Source of the DNA: an uncultured Sutterella sp. | Lineage (GTDB): Bacteria; Pseudomonadota; Gammaproteobacteria; Burkholderiales; Burkholderiaceae_F | Direction of reading: 5' to 3' | DNA length: 64,000 nt | Assembly (NCBI GenBank): GCA_900544335.1 | Contig: UQUS01000001.1 | Coordinates: 6,853-70,852, forward strand | Part shown: positions 7,753-16,813 of the stretch, piece after piece | Position numbering within the stretch: the stretch's first letter is position 1 | Layout of the letters: each line of letters begins with the position of its first letter | The notes under the pieces: model-generated | Told to the model about the DNA's origin: nothing | Database searches by the model: none | Seen by the model: only the letters and a program-made list of their open reading frames with translations | Program-made: the position numbers and the translations under genes

Positions 7753-9123
7753 ATGGAAAAGATGCCCTACAAGACCTACCTGGAAGAAAATGAGATTCCG
7801 GCAGCGTGGTACAACCTGCGGGCAGATATGAAAAATAAGCCCGCTCCGATGCTCAATCCGGCGACGTTAAAGCCCGTGACAGCAGCGGATTTAACGCCGG
7901 TTTTCTGCGAGGAACTCGTTTCTCAGGAGTTAAACGTCACAGATCCGTGGATTGATATTCCCGGGGAGGTCCTCGATTTTTATAAGATGTACCGCCCGTC
8001 TCCCTTGATTCGTGCGTATTGCTTGGAAAAGGTTCTGGGAACGCCGGCGAAGATTTTCTACAAATTCGAAGGTCAAAACACGTCGGGAAGCCACAAACTT
8101 AACTCGGCGATTGCTCAGGCTTATTACGCCAAAAAGCAGGGACTTAAAGGCGTGACGACCGAAACCGGTGCCGGACAGTGGGGTACGGCTCTTTCGATGG
8201 CCTGTGCGTACTTGGGGCTTGACTGCAACGTCTTCATGGTCAAGTGCTCGTATGAACAAAAGCCGCAACGCAAAGAAGTGATGCGTACGTTCGGCGCCAC
8301 CGTCACGCCTTCGCCTTCAAATACGACGAAAATCGGGCGCAAGATGCTTGAGGAATTCCCGGGCACGACCGGCAGTCTCGGTTGCGCGATTTCCGAGGCT
8401 GTCGAGTCCGCCGTCAGTCGCCCCGGGTATCGGTATGTGCTCGGGTCGGTCCTTTCGCAGGTGTTACTGCACCAAACGGTTGTCGGTCTTGAGTCGCAGG
8501 CTGCGTTGGCTCGCTACGGTTTGACTCCGGACATCATCATCGGATGCGCCGGGGGCGGATCGAATCTCGGGGGACTCATTAGCCCCTTCGTCGGTGACAA
8601 GATCAAAGGAAAGCTCGATAGCCGCATCATCGCCGTGGAACCTGCCAGCTGCCCGAGTCTGACACGCGGACGCTACGCCTATGACTTTTGCGATACGGGT
8701 CGCGTGTGCCCGCTCCAGAAGATGTATACGCTCGGATCGAGTTTTATTCCGTCGGCCAATCACGCCGGAGGACTGCGTTACCACGGTATGAGCGCGATTA
8801 TTTCGCAGCTGTATGCAGACGGGCTGATTGAAGCGCGAGCGGTCGAACAGACCTCGGTTTTTGCCGCTGCGGAAAAATTTGCCCGCTGCGAAGGGATTCT
8901 CCCGGCTCCCGAAAGCAGTCACGCCATTAAGGTTGCAATTGACGAGGCCTTACGGTGCAAAGAAACCGGCCAAGAGAAGGTCATTCTATTCTGCCTGACG
9001 GGAACCGGGTACTTTGACATGTCGGCCTACCAACGCTTTAACGACGGTACGATGAGCGACACGATTCCGACCGATGCCGAGCTTAAGGCCAGTTTTGACA
9101 AAATGCCCAAAGTGAACCTGTAA
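7753..9123 (+). CDS. trpB: Tryptophan synthase beta chain, TrpB2-type (stand-alone, long form)
   Basis: 456 aa; PLP-lysine motif GSHKLNSAI; long N-terminal extension typical of TrpB2; AAGGAG RBS. No trpA is adjacent. Confidence 0.85.
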   Translation: MEKMPYKTYLEENEIPAAWYNLRADMKNKPAPMLNPATLKPVTAADLTPVFCEELVSQELNVTDPWIDIPGEVLDFYKMYRPSPLIRAYCLEKVLGTPAKIFYKFEGQNTSGSHKLNSAIAQAYYAKKQGLKGVTTETGAGQWGTALSMACAYLGLDCNVFMVKCSYEQKPQRKEVMRTFGATVTPSPSNTTKIGRKMLEEFPGTTGSLGCAISEAVESAVSRPGYRYVLGSVLSQVLLHQTVVGLESQAALARYGLTPDIIIGCAGGGSNLGGLISPFVGDKIKGKLDSRIIAVEPASCPSLTRGRYAYDFCDTGRVCPLQKMYTLGSSFIPSANHAGGLRYHGMSAIISQLYADGLIEARAVEQTSVFAAAEKFARCEGILPAPESSHAIKVAIDEALRCKETGQEKVILFCLTGTGYFDMSAYQRFNDGTMSDTIPTDAELKASFDKMPKVNL

Positions 9124-9173
9124 GGCTTTTTTCAAGAGAGAGTGCGGCGCCGACTCCAAGGCGCCGTACTCAC

Positions 9174-10058
9174 TTACGCATCGCGTTGGCAAAGTTGCCG
9201 ATGCCGCACGACTGTCAGGACCTTTGCCTTAAAGGCCTTAGCTAAGTGTTCGGCGATATAGACGCTTCGATGTTGTCCGCCCGTACAACCGATTGCCACC
9301 GTCAGGTAATGGCGGTTTTGGCTTTCGTACGAAGGGAGCCACTTGTCGATAAACGCCGTGATGTCCGAGAGCATGTCTTGGACTTGCGACTGGGAGTCGA
9401 GATAATTAATCACGGGTTTATCTAGGCCCGTAAGCGGTCGCAAGGCTTCGTCGTAAAACGGGTTCGGGAGGTTGCGCACATCGAAAACCAAATCGGCGGC
9501 GACGGGAATGCCCTTTTTAAACGCAAAGCTTTCAAAGTCAAGCGTCATCGAAGAGGGCGGTATATCGGCAAACTCCGTGACCCAACGCCGCAGTGTGTTC
9601 GGTAAAACGCGCGTTGTATCAATGATGTGAGCTTGTTCGGCAATCGGCGACAAGAGGTCCCGTTCCAGATGAATGGCTTCCGAAAGCGTTCGTCCGCTTT
9701 GACTTTCGGGACGAATCGAGAGCGGGTGCCGGCGGCGTGTTTCGGAAAAACGCTTCACGAGTTCGGTGTTGGAGGCCGTCAAAAACAGGATGCGCACATC
9801 GATTTTTCGAGCGCGCAGTGCCGCCAGACAATCCGTAAATTGCTCTGAGTTTGTCAGCCCCCGCGCATCGACGGCAACGGCAATGCGATCGATGCCGCGG
9901 CTGTGTAACTTTTCCAGAACGGGCAGTAAGAAATCAAGCGGCAGGTTATCCAAGCAATAGTAGCCGCTATCTTCCAATTGGCGAATGGCGACGGATTTAC
10001 CCGATCCCGAAAGCCCCGTCACAATGACAACGCGCAACTCGGACGAGGTGTTTTCCAT
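9174..10058 (-). CDS. rapZ: RNase adapter protein RapZ (YhbJ)
   Basis: P-loop VVIVTGLSGSGKS near the N-terminus; start at MENTSS (10058) with an AAGGAG RBS; 4 bp after ptsN. Confidence 0.9.
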   Translation of the reverse strand: MENTSSELRVVIVTGLSGSGKSVAIRQLEDSGYYCLDNLPLDFLLPVLEKLHSRGIDRIAVAVDARGLTNSEQFTDCLAALRARKIDVRILFLTASNTELVKRFSETRRRHPLSIRPESQSGRTLSEAIHLERDLLSPIAEQAHIIDTTRVLPNTLRRWVTEFADIPPSSMTLDFESFAFKKGIPVAADLVFDVRNLPNPFYDEALRPLTGLDKPVINYLDSQSQVQDMLSDITAFIDKWLPSYESQNRHYLTVAIGCTGGQHRSVYIAEHLAKAFKAKVLTVVRHRQLCQRDA

Positions 10059-10062
10059 GAGG

Positions 10063-10545
10063 TTACTCCTTTCCTGCAGCATCGTCAGAGGGCTCCCAAG
10101 CCGTAATGATTTCCAAAGCCTGCTTGGCCGAGGTCGCTGTCATGAGGGTACTTCGAGCGGTTTTATCGCGCAAAAAACCGGCTACATCCGACAAAATGGC
10201 CAGATAGGCGTCCGGGTTACTTTCCGGAATGGCCACGGCAAAAAATAGTTGCGCCGTCGTCTGTCCCGGTCCGTCGTAATCAATCGGTTGCTTGGTTCTC
10301 ACTAGGCACAACCCGGGGTCGACGATTCCGTTAATACGGGCATGAGGAATACCGGCACGACACCCCAAACCCGTCGGACCGAGTTTTTCTCGTGCAATCA
10401 GGGCATCGAAAACACTTTGTGCCGGCACTCCGGAAGAGACGGCCAGAATTCGGGAAACCTCTTCGAAAAGGCGTTTTCGGCTCAAGACATCTAAGTCAAG
10501 CAGGATGTTTTCACTCGGATTTAATAACGGAGCAATGTGATTCAT
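10063..10545 (-). CDS. ptsN: PTS IIA-like nitrogen regulatory protein PtsN (EIIA-Ntr)
   Basis: 160 aa PTS EIIA type-2 fold with a conserved His region; canonical position after rpoN. Confidence 0.85.
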   Translation of the reverse strand: MNHIAPLLNPSENILLDLDVLSRKRLFEEVSRILAVSSGVPAQSVFDALIAREKLGPTGLGCRAGIPHARINGIVDPGLCLVRTKQPIDYDGPGQTTAQLFFAVAIPESNPDAYLAILSDVAGFLRDKTARSTLMTATSAKQALEIITAWEPSDDAAGKE

Positions 10546-10629
10546 CGTCAGGCAACTTCAAACAAACTTTCGAAGAGTATATACGTCCGAGAGGGCGAAC
10601 GATTTTTTCGGCCGAGCCAACGACAACAA

Positions 10630-12036
10630 TCAAAGGCGAAACCGTTCGTTTTTCGGGGGGATTTTGTCCATTTCCCGATATTTGGCTACGGTGCGACGTG
10701 CGATGCGGATTCCCTGCTCGGCAAGTTGTTGCGTCAGTTGGGCGTCGCTCATCGGACAGGCCGGATTTTCCTCGGCAATCAGCTGGCGAATGCGCTCCCG
10801 AACGACGGTACTCGAGAGCAATTCGGGAGCATCGGTCGAGGGAACGGTGCCGGAGAAAAAGTGCTTTAACGGGAAAAAACCGAACGACGTTTGGATAAAT
10901 TTGCCCGCCACGGCACGGCTTACGGTGGACTTGGAAATGCCGAGACTTTCGGCAACCTCTTGCATTCCGAGCGGCACGAGCGCTTGGGGACCCTCGGCAA
11001 AAAATCGGCTTTGTCGCTTAAAAAGCGCGCGTCCGACTAAGAGCAATGTTTTCTTACGCCGCGTCAGAGCACTGATAAAAAGGCGCGCCTTTTGGGCATA
11101 AGGCTCCATCGCTTCGCGCTCGGGGGCCTGTTTCACCTCTTTGTGCAAAAGGGCATAGGTGGGAGCGTCAAAAACAAGGCGCTCGGCGGCATCGTCCTGA
11201 AAAATAAGCGTCAGGACTCCGTCCTTTTTTTCAACGGTAAAGTCAGGCAAAACGGCGTTGTCCGTCAGACCGGCAAACCGGGAGCACGGATGCGGATCTA
11301 AAGACCGTAAGATACACAGTGCGGCACGGACATCGTTCTCGTCTCGGTGAAGCCGCCGGGCAATCGCGGCCTTGTCGCCTTTAAGCAACAGGTCTGGGCA
11401 TTCCTTAAGAATGAAATCGGCTAGCTCTCGGGTTGCCGTGAATGCATCGTTCGGTGCCGCTTTTAGTTGCAACGAGAGTACTTCAAGCGCAGAGGTGGCG
11501 CCGACTCCCGTCGGATCGAGGCTTTGCAGCGTTTTTAGGGCTTCTTGCCAGTCTTTTTCGGAGGCTGAAATCGGACAGGTACTTGCCATCGATTCCAAAG
11601 TCTCTTCGAAGAGCCCGTCTTCATTGAGGTTCCCGGCAAGCCACTGAACAAGATCCTTTTTGTCTTCGGGAACGGTCAGAAGACGAATCTGTCTTGTCAG
11701 ATGCTCTAAAAGCGTCGTCGGGTAGCTTAAGAAATCCGTCGGGTCGACCGTTAGGTCTTCCGAGGGTGTGTTCTTCCAAGTAATCAGCGACGTTGTTCCC
11801 GGAAAGTCGGCCGATACGCCGACCGGTTCGTCAAACGGGGTTTGCATCGGCTCGGACAATGGCGCCGTCTCGACCTCTTTGGCAAGCAAAAACGGATTTT
11901 CGTCGAGTTGCCGACGGATTTCGGCAGCCAATTCTTCGCGACTTAATGTCAAAAGCTTGGCAGTTTCCAGAAGCAACGGCTTCGGAATTTGCTTTTGTTG
12001 CCCGGCAACGTCGATATGTAAAGACGATACCGCCAT
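10630..12036 (-). CDS. rpoN: RNA polymerase sigma-54 factor RpoN
   Basis: 468 aa; C-terminal RpoN box ARRTVAKYRE and HTH. Confidence 0.95.
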   Translation of the reverse strand: MAVSSLHIDVAGQQKQIPKPLLLETAKLLTLSREELAAEIRRQLDENPFLLAKEVETAPLSEPMQTPFDEPVGVSADFPGTTSLITWKNTPSEDLTVDPTDFLSYPTTLLEHLTRQIRLLTVPEDKKDLVQWLAGNLNEDGLFEETLESMASTCPISASEKDWQEALKTLQSLDPTGVGATSALEVLSLQLKAAPNDAFTATRELADFILKECPDLLLKGDKAAIARRLHRDENDVRAALCILRSLDPHPCSRFAGLTDNAVLPDFTVEKKDGVLTLIFQDDAAERLVFDAPTYALLHKEVKQAPEREAMEPYAQKARLFISALTRRKKTLLLVGRALFKRQSRFFAEGPQALVPLGMQEVAESLGISKSTVSRAVAGKFIQTSFGFFPLKHFFSGTVPSTDAPELLSSTVVRERIRQLIAEENPACPMSDAQLTQQLAEQGIRIARRTVAKYREMDKIPPKNERFRL

Positions 12037-12041
12037 AGCGC

Positions 12042-12824
12042 TTACATTCGGAAGTCTTCCCCGAGGTAGATAGCCCGAACGGTCGGATTGGCGACGATTT
12101 GGTCGGGTGTGCCGTGCGCGAGGACTTCGCCGTTATTGATAATGAAGGCCCTGTCGCAGATCCCGAGCGTTTCCCGGACGTTGTGGTCGGTGATTAAAAC
12201 GCCGATGCCGCGGGACTTAAGGTAGCGCGTAATGCGCTTGATTTCGTTCACGGCAATCGGATCGACGCCGGCGAAGGGTTCGTCTAGAAGAATAAATTGC
12301 GGATCGGCTGCGAGGGCTCGGGCAATTTCCGTACGACGTCTTTCACCACCGGAAAGCGATAATGCCATATTGGTGCGCAAATGCTCGATTTGCAGGTCCT
12401 TAAGGAGTTCGGTTAAGCGCGACTCGATTTGCTCGGAGGTTAATTTGCGTCCGTTTTGATCTTCTTTGAGTTCGAGAATGGCTCGAATGTTGTCTTCAAC
12501 CGTCAAACGCCGAAAAACACTGGCCTCTTGCGGTAGATACGTAATCCCTAAATGGGCCCGCTTGTAAATCGGTAGGTGTGTGATTTCCGTATTGTCGATA
12601 AAGATTTTTCCCTCATTGGGCGCAATCAATCCGACGACCATGTAAAAGCTCGTTGTTTTCCCGGCGCCGTTCGGTCCCATAAGCCCGACGATTTCGTTGG
12701 TGTTGACATCAAAAGAGACGCCGTTGACAACGGTGCGCGATCCGAAACGCTTGACGAGGTTTTCAGCGCGAAGCGTATGCACGGGAGTTTGAGTGACGGG
12801 CGTAGTTTCTTGCATAAGTGGCAT
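12042..12824 (-). CDS. lptB: LPS export ABC transporter ATP-binding protein LptB
   Basis: Walker A GPNGAGKTT, LSGGE signature, Walker B. Confidence 0.9.
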   Translation of the reverse strand: MPLMQETTPVTQTPVHTLRAENLVKRFGSRTVVNGVSFDVNTNEIVGLMGPNGAGKTTSFYMVVGLIAPNEGKIFIDNTEITHLPIYKRAHLGITYLPQEASVFRRLTVEDNIRAILELKEDQNGRKLTSEQIESRLTELLKDLQIEHLRTNMALSLSGGERRRTEIARALAADPQFILLDEPFAGVDPIAVNEIKRITRYLKSRGIGVLITDHNVRETLGICDRAFIINNGEVLAHGTPDQIVANPTVRAIYLGEDFRM

Positions 12825-12836
12825 ACTCTGTGACTG

Positions 12837-13439
12837 TTATCGCATGTTGCGTAGCTTGGTTTCTCCGCGTAGGGCAGGCGGATTCGTGCTTTCCGGGGCC
12901 GGAGCGGCTGTTTTGTCTTTGGGTCGGGGACTTAAGATGGCGGAAATGCGGGTTTTCCGACCGTCGGTGCGTTCGCCGACAACGCGGCTTGTGGCATGCA
13001 GCAGGTCATAGGTAATGACCGAGCCTTCGGTCGAATCGAGCGCTTGTCCGTTTTCAGTGCGGATGATTTTCGCATTGTCTTTTAAAACGATGCGGTCGAG
13101 TTTTTCTTGATAAACGGCCGTCAGCGCGCTGGCATGAACCCACTCTTCGATACCCGGGGTTTTCGGATCGCGCTTTTCCTTAATGCGAACCGGTCGGCCG
13201 ATGACCGTCAGTGTTCGATAGCCTTTGGTGTCAATTTTTAAGTCCAGTCGGTCGCCTTTGATTTCCAAGGTTCCCTGGTGCACCTCGACATTGCCCGAAT
13301 AGGACGCTTTTTGTCCGACCTCATCGCCACTGAAACTATCGGCGACAATCTCAATAGGCATGTCGCGGTCGCCTGTCTGAGCAAGAGCGCAGGAAAAACC
13401 TGTCAGAGCGACCAAAGAAAAAATCCAAGCGTGTTTCAT
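12837..13439 (-). CDS. lptA: LPS transport periplasmic protein LptA
   Basis: Signal peptide and the OstA-like fold motif. ATG at 13439; the ORF-track start at 13454 is a TTG. Confidence 0.85.
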   Translation of the reverse strand: MKHAWIFSLVALTGFSCALAQTGDRDMPIEIVADSFSGDEVGQKASYSGNVEVHQGTLEIKGDRLDLKIDTKGYRTLTVIGRPVRIKEKRDPKTPGIEEWVHASALTAVYQEKLDRIVLKDNAKIIRTENGQALDSTEGSVITYDLLHATSRVVGERTDGRKTRISAILSPRPKDKTAAPAPESTNPPALRGETKLRNMR

Positions 13440-13457
13440 GGCTGTGTTGAGCAAAAG

Positions 13458-14039
13458 TTAACGAAGCTTCTTTTTCGGGATGATAAACGTATGCACGTCC
13501 GAATACAGTTCGGCTGTCCGGTCCACATTGTCGTACGTAAAGCCGATTCCGGTCGTCACATCACTGCCGCGTTCGATGCGCACGGGAGCTTCCCCCGTGA
13601 CAACCTGTGTGTCGGTATTGACAACGGCACGCGATGTCGTCAGGCGGAGCGGGGCATTGGCTTTATCGCCGCTACGCGTTAATACGATATTGCCCGTAAA
13701 GACAACGGTTTGACCCTCGTCCATCGTGCTTGCGGTATTCGCGGACATCTTCAATTGCGGTTTATCGGGCGACAGGGTCACAAGCTTTGGGCGAATACTC
13801 ACACTGTGACCGTCCGAATAGTGTTCGGCGTACTCCGAAAACAGGCGATGTTTGCCGGTCCCGTCGCGGTCAAAAATCGTGACGACACAGTCGCGCGTAG
13901 CAAAGTCCGGCGAGTCCTTATTGGGTCCGGGCGAGCCGTCGTCAAAGTTCGATTTGATTGCGTAGTAGGCTGAGGCGGCAACGAGTATAGAGAGCACCGC
14001 CAGCCCGAAAAACGAAATCAGTCGGTCACGCAGGTGCAT
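13458..14039 (-). CDS. lptC: LPS export protein LptC
   Basis: N-terminal transmembrane anchor followed by an LptC-like periplasmic domain; position between kdsC and lptA. Confidence 0.85.
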   Translation of the reverse strand: MHLRDRLISFFGLAVLSILVAASAYYAIKSNFDDGSPGPNKDSPDFATRDCVVTIFDRDGTGKHRLFSEYAEHYSDGHSVSIRPKLVTLSPDKPQLKMSANTASTMDEGQTVVFTGNIVLTRSGDKANAPLRLTTSRAVVNTDTQVVTGEAPVRIERGSDVTTGIGFTYDNVDRTAELYSDVHTFIIPKKKLR

Positions 14040-14581
14040 TAAAGCGACTCTCCTTGCACGTAGTACCGGTTAACCAAATCGTCCCAGCGATTTTGGGCAC
14101 GCAAAATCAGTTCGGCAAGACTGCGGACGGCGCCGTTGCCGCCCGGGGCAGAGCTGACAAAGTCCGCCAGAGGCAAAACCTCGCTTGCCGCATCGGCCGG
14201 GCAAGCGGCAAGGCCGGCTGCCTTAAGCGGCGGAATATCCGGAATGTCATCTCCCATGTAGGCTACTTCCTCATCACCTAGGCCGAAGGACTGCGTTAAT
14301 TCTTTAAAGGCATCTCCTTTAAAGGTTTTTCCTTGCATGACGGCTTTAATTCCGAGTTCGGCCGCGCGACTGGCCGTTTGTTTCGAAAGACGTCCCGTTA
14401 AAATCGCGACGGGGATTCCGGCGCTTTGCAGCAATTTAATCCCTAAGCCGTCACGTGTGTAAAAGCGTTTGACGGCTTCTCCGTCCGGTCCCGTCCAAAT
14501 CGAGCCGTCCGTTAAAACGCCGTCGACATCGAGAACGACAAGGCGGATGCGAGCGGCTTTGCTCTGTAGTGTGCTATCCAT
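14039..14581 (-). CDS. kdsC: 3-deoxy-D-manno-octulosonate 8-phosphate phosphatase KdsC
   Basis: HAD motif VLDVDGVLTDG; 180 aa. Confidence 0.9.
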   Translation of the reverse strand: MDSTLQSKAARIRLVVLDVDGVLTDGSIWTGPDGEAVKRFYTRDGLGIKLLQSAGIPVAILTGRLSKQTASRAAELGIKAVMQGKTFKGDAFKELTQSFGLGDEEVAYMGDDIPDIPPLKAAGLAACPADAASEVLPLADFVSSAPGGNGAVRSLAELILRAQNRWDDLVNRYYVQGESL

Positions 14582-15567
14582 TAAATCACCTTGGCACTCA
14601 TCAGGTCGTGCATGTGTAAGGCGCCGATCAGGTGCCCCTTATCGTCAACGACCAGAAGTTGGTTTTTCAACGTTTTTTCCAGAATCTTGGCGGCTGTTGC
14701 GGCCATTTCATCTTGGCCGATTGTCGTCGGAGTTTTCGTCATCACGTCGTCAATCTTAATGGCGCGAATATCGCCGCGCTTTTCAATTAGGCGACGCAAA
14801 TCGCCTTCGGTAAAGATGCCCGTGACGCGGTCCTCGTTGTCGACAACGGCAGTCATGCCGATGTGCTTTTTGGTGATTTCGCGTACGGCATCCAAGACGC
14901 TCGTTCCTTCACGAACAGAGGGCACGTCGCTTCCGGCGCGCATGATGTCGCGCACGTGCGTCAGAAGGCGCCGACCGAGGGCACCGCCCGGATGCGAGCG
15001 GGCAAAATCTTCTTTGGTAAATCCCTTTTCGTGCATCAGGGCCACGGCGAGCGCATCGCCAAAGGCCAATGTCGCCGTTGTCGAGGAGGTCGGGGCAAGA
15101 TTCAAGGGGCACGCTTCCGAGCGTACCCCGATATCTAAGGCAACGTCCGAGGCTTTCGCCAAGGCGCTTTGCGGGTTTCCGGTGATGGAAATCAAGCGAA
15201 CACCTTCGCGTTTTAAAACAGGGATAATCGTCAACAATTCATTGGTCGTACCCGAATAGGAGACGGCCACGACGACATCTTCGGTTGTAATCATCCCTAG
15301 GTCGCCGTGCGCGGCTTCGGCCGCATGCACGAAGAAGGCGGGAGTTCCCGTTGACGCCAGCGTTGCGGCGATTTTGCGTCCGACGTGGGCGGATTTTCCG
15401 ACGCCGCTGACAATGACTCGACCGGAACTCGCTAGGATCAGTTGTACGGCTTGCGCAAAGGGACCGTTGCCGAGGGTGTCGGCAAGATGCTGAACGCATT
15501 GGGCTTCGCGCACAAGCACTTCGCGTCCGAGTTCGACGGCACCGGACATATCATCATGGACGGGCAT
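14581..15567 (-). CDS. kdsD: Arabinose 5-phosphate isomerase KdsD (SIS plus tandem CBS domains)
   Basis: SIS domain VSGVGKSAHVGRKIAATLASTGTPAFF plus a CBS pair. Start probably MPVHDD (15567, 328 aa) rather than the ORF-track start at 15639. Confidence 0.9.
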   Translation of the reverse strand: MPVHDDMSGAVELGREVLVREAQCVQHLADTLGNGPFAQAVQLILASSGRVIVSGVGKSAHVGRKIAATLASTGTPAFFVHAAEAAHGDLGMITTEDVVVAVSYSGTTNELLTIIPVLKREGVRLISITGNPQSALAKASDVALDIGVRSEACPLNLAPTSSTTATLAFGDALAVALMHEKGFTKEDFARSHPGGALGRRLLTHVRDIMRAGSDVPSVREGTSVLDAVREITKKHIGMTAVVDNEDRVTGIFTEGDLRRLIEKRGDIRAIKIDDVMTKTPTTIGQDEMAATAAKILEKTLKNQLLVVDDKGHLIGALHMHDLMSAKVI

Positions 15568-15699
15568 AGGAAAAACTCCGTTAATCAGTGCCGTCATTGT
15601 AGCGAAAGGCCGCCTTATCTCGGAGTCTGTCTCGGGCAAGATGAAGGAAAATCTATGGAATTTCTCCGATGCTTACAAGACAGACACGGGGCTTGTTAT

Positions 15700-15894
15700 T
15701 TAAAGGGAATACCGTAACTTCATTTCGTTAAATTGGCTAAAAGGAATGATTTTTTCACTTTGCAATCGTCCGACGACGATGCCGGGATGGATACCGACCT
15801 GCATTGCAAAATCTTCAATGGCTCTTTTTGAGTAATTCTTTGCAGACAGGAATGCCTCATAGTCATTTAAGGGAATGAGAGCATTTTTCGCCAT
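15700..15894 (-). CDS. small hypothetical protein (64 aa) with a helix-turn-helix-like segment; possibly a remnant
   Basis: The ATG ORF has no recognisable family; AIEDFAMQVGIHPGIVVGRLQ is HTH-like. It sits in a decayed region next to an ABC-transporter pseudogene. Confidence 0.3.
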   Translation of the reverse strand: MAKNALIPLNDYEAFLSAKNYSKRAIEDFAMQVGIHPGIVVGRLQSEKIIPFSQFNEMKLRYSL

Positions 15895-15963
15895 AGCTTC
15901 GGTGGCATCCTGCTCCCCTAGCGAGGTTTGATTAAGAACAGTTCCCGGGATGAGCGCGGTGTG

Positions 15964-16330
15964 CTACAAGGAGCAACCGATACTTTTTCGTCGCATGCGG
16001 TCAGAGAGGGTAAATGTGTTGATGCCGCCGTCGATGACCTGTCCTTCTTTCGGCTCGTACGAGTTTGAAAACGGTGTTTTTCCGACACCGGAGCGTCCGA
16101 CCAGAGTCACGTGTTCCCCGGCTTTAATTGTCAGTGAAAAATCACGAAGGACTGGGTTTTCGTCACACCCGAAGGTCACATGGGAAAAACGATGTCACTT
16201 TCTCGATTGATCTCTTTGCAGCCGGACCATCGCTGACGGTGGTTTGTCCTGGCGGAGAATATCTGCAAGGCCCTGAGCCAGTTGCCTTTCGAACCAGGAT
16301 GGCAGCGCCAGCCTGATGTTGTTGATGAGG
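15964..16330 (-). pseudogene. ABC exporter (MsbA-like) ATPase-domain fragment, frameshifted and truncated
   Basis: The peptide ...ENPVLRDFSLTIKAGEHVTLVGRSGVGKT shows a Walker A then degenerates and stops. An upstream out-of-frame stretch ...FERQLAQGLADILRQDKPP resembles the TMD-NBD linker. No TMD and no Q-loop, signature or Walker B remain. Confidence 0.5.
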
Positions 16331-16813
16331 CCGGAAATCGTGACACGGAAAAGCGGCTTACTCTCGGCGAAAAAAATAGGAGCGAATCGTCTGGGGATTA
16401 AAAGAGAGAGCCGAGGTTTCAGGTAAGACTGTCCCTTAAACGGAGGTCTTAAAAAACATAACGAATTTGTTGATCTTGGGCCGGGTCCCGGCACATGAAC
16501 GCTGTGACGCGTCCGGCTCGAAAGTAGTAAAAATTGTAAGGTCTTTGCTCCGGGGTTACGAAGAGCGTAGCGTCTGAAAACCCGAAGTTTCAACCAATCG
16601 GGGGCGTTGCCTGTCGCTCGCAAGACTCTTCGATGCGTTGTATCGAAGAAACAAAAGAAGTCATTTTTCGCGCGAAAAGCGATTCTTGTAACAAATTGTT
16701 GCAAACGAAAGGCAAACCTCTATAAGATACAAAACAGATGGCGACCTGTTGCGTCTTGGCAGTGTTTGTCGCTGTTTTTTTTATTAGTTTTACTTTTTAA
16801 CGGAAACTCCATC

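Noticed and set aside
7643-7831. 62-aa ORF spanning the trp attenuator and the trpB2 start
   Set aside because: It overlaps the terminator hairpin and the trpB2 RBS; the 24-codon Trp-rich leader (7582..7656) explains the region better.
10392-10898. 168-aa plus-strand ORF antisense to ptsN/rpoN
   Set aside because: Antisense to two conserved genes and spans their intergenic gap; composition is artefactual.
16195-16704. 169-aa minus-strand ORF (MQQFVTRIAFRAKNDFF...)
   Set aside because: Arg/Leu/Phe-rich with no domain or TM pattern. It lies in the decayed spacer; at most its 3' end is a frameshifted remnant of the ABC exporter linker.
16607-16813. N-terminal extension of the DUF3100 ORF given by the ORF track
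   Set aside because: Non-hydrophobic, Lys/Arg-rich, no RBS. The ATG at 16814 begins the hydrophobic core.
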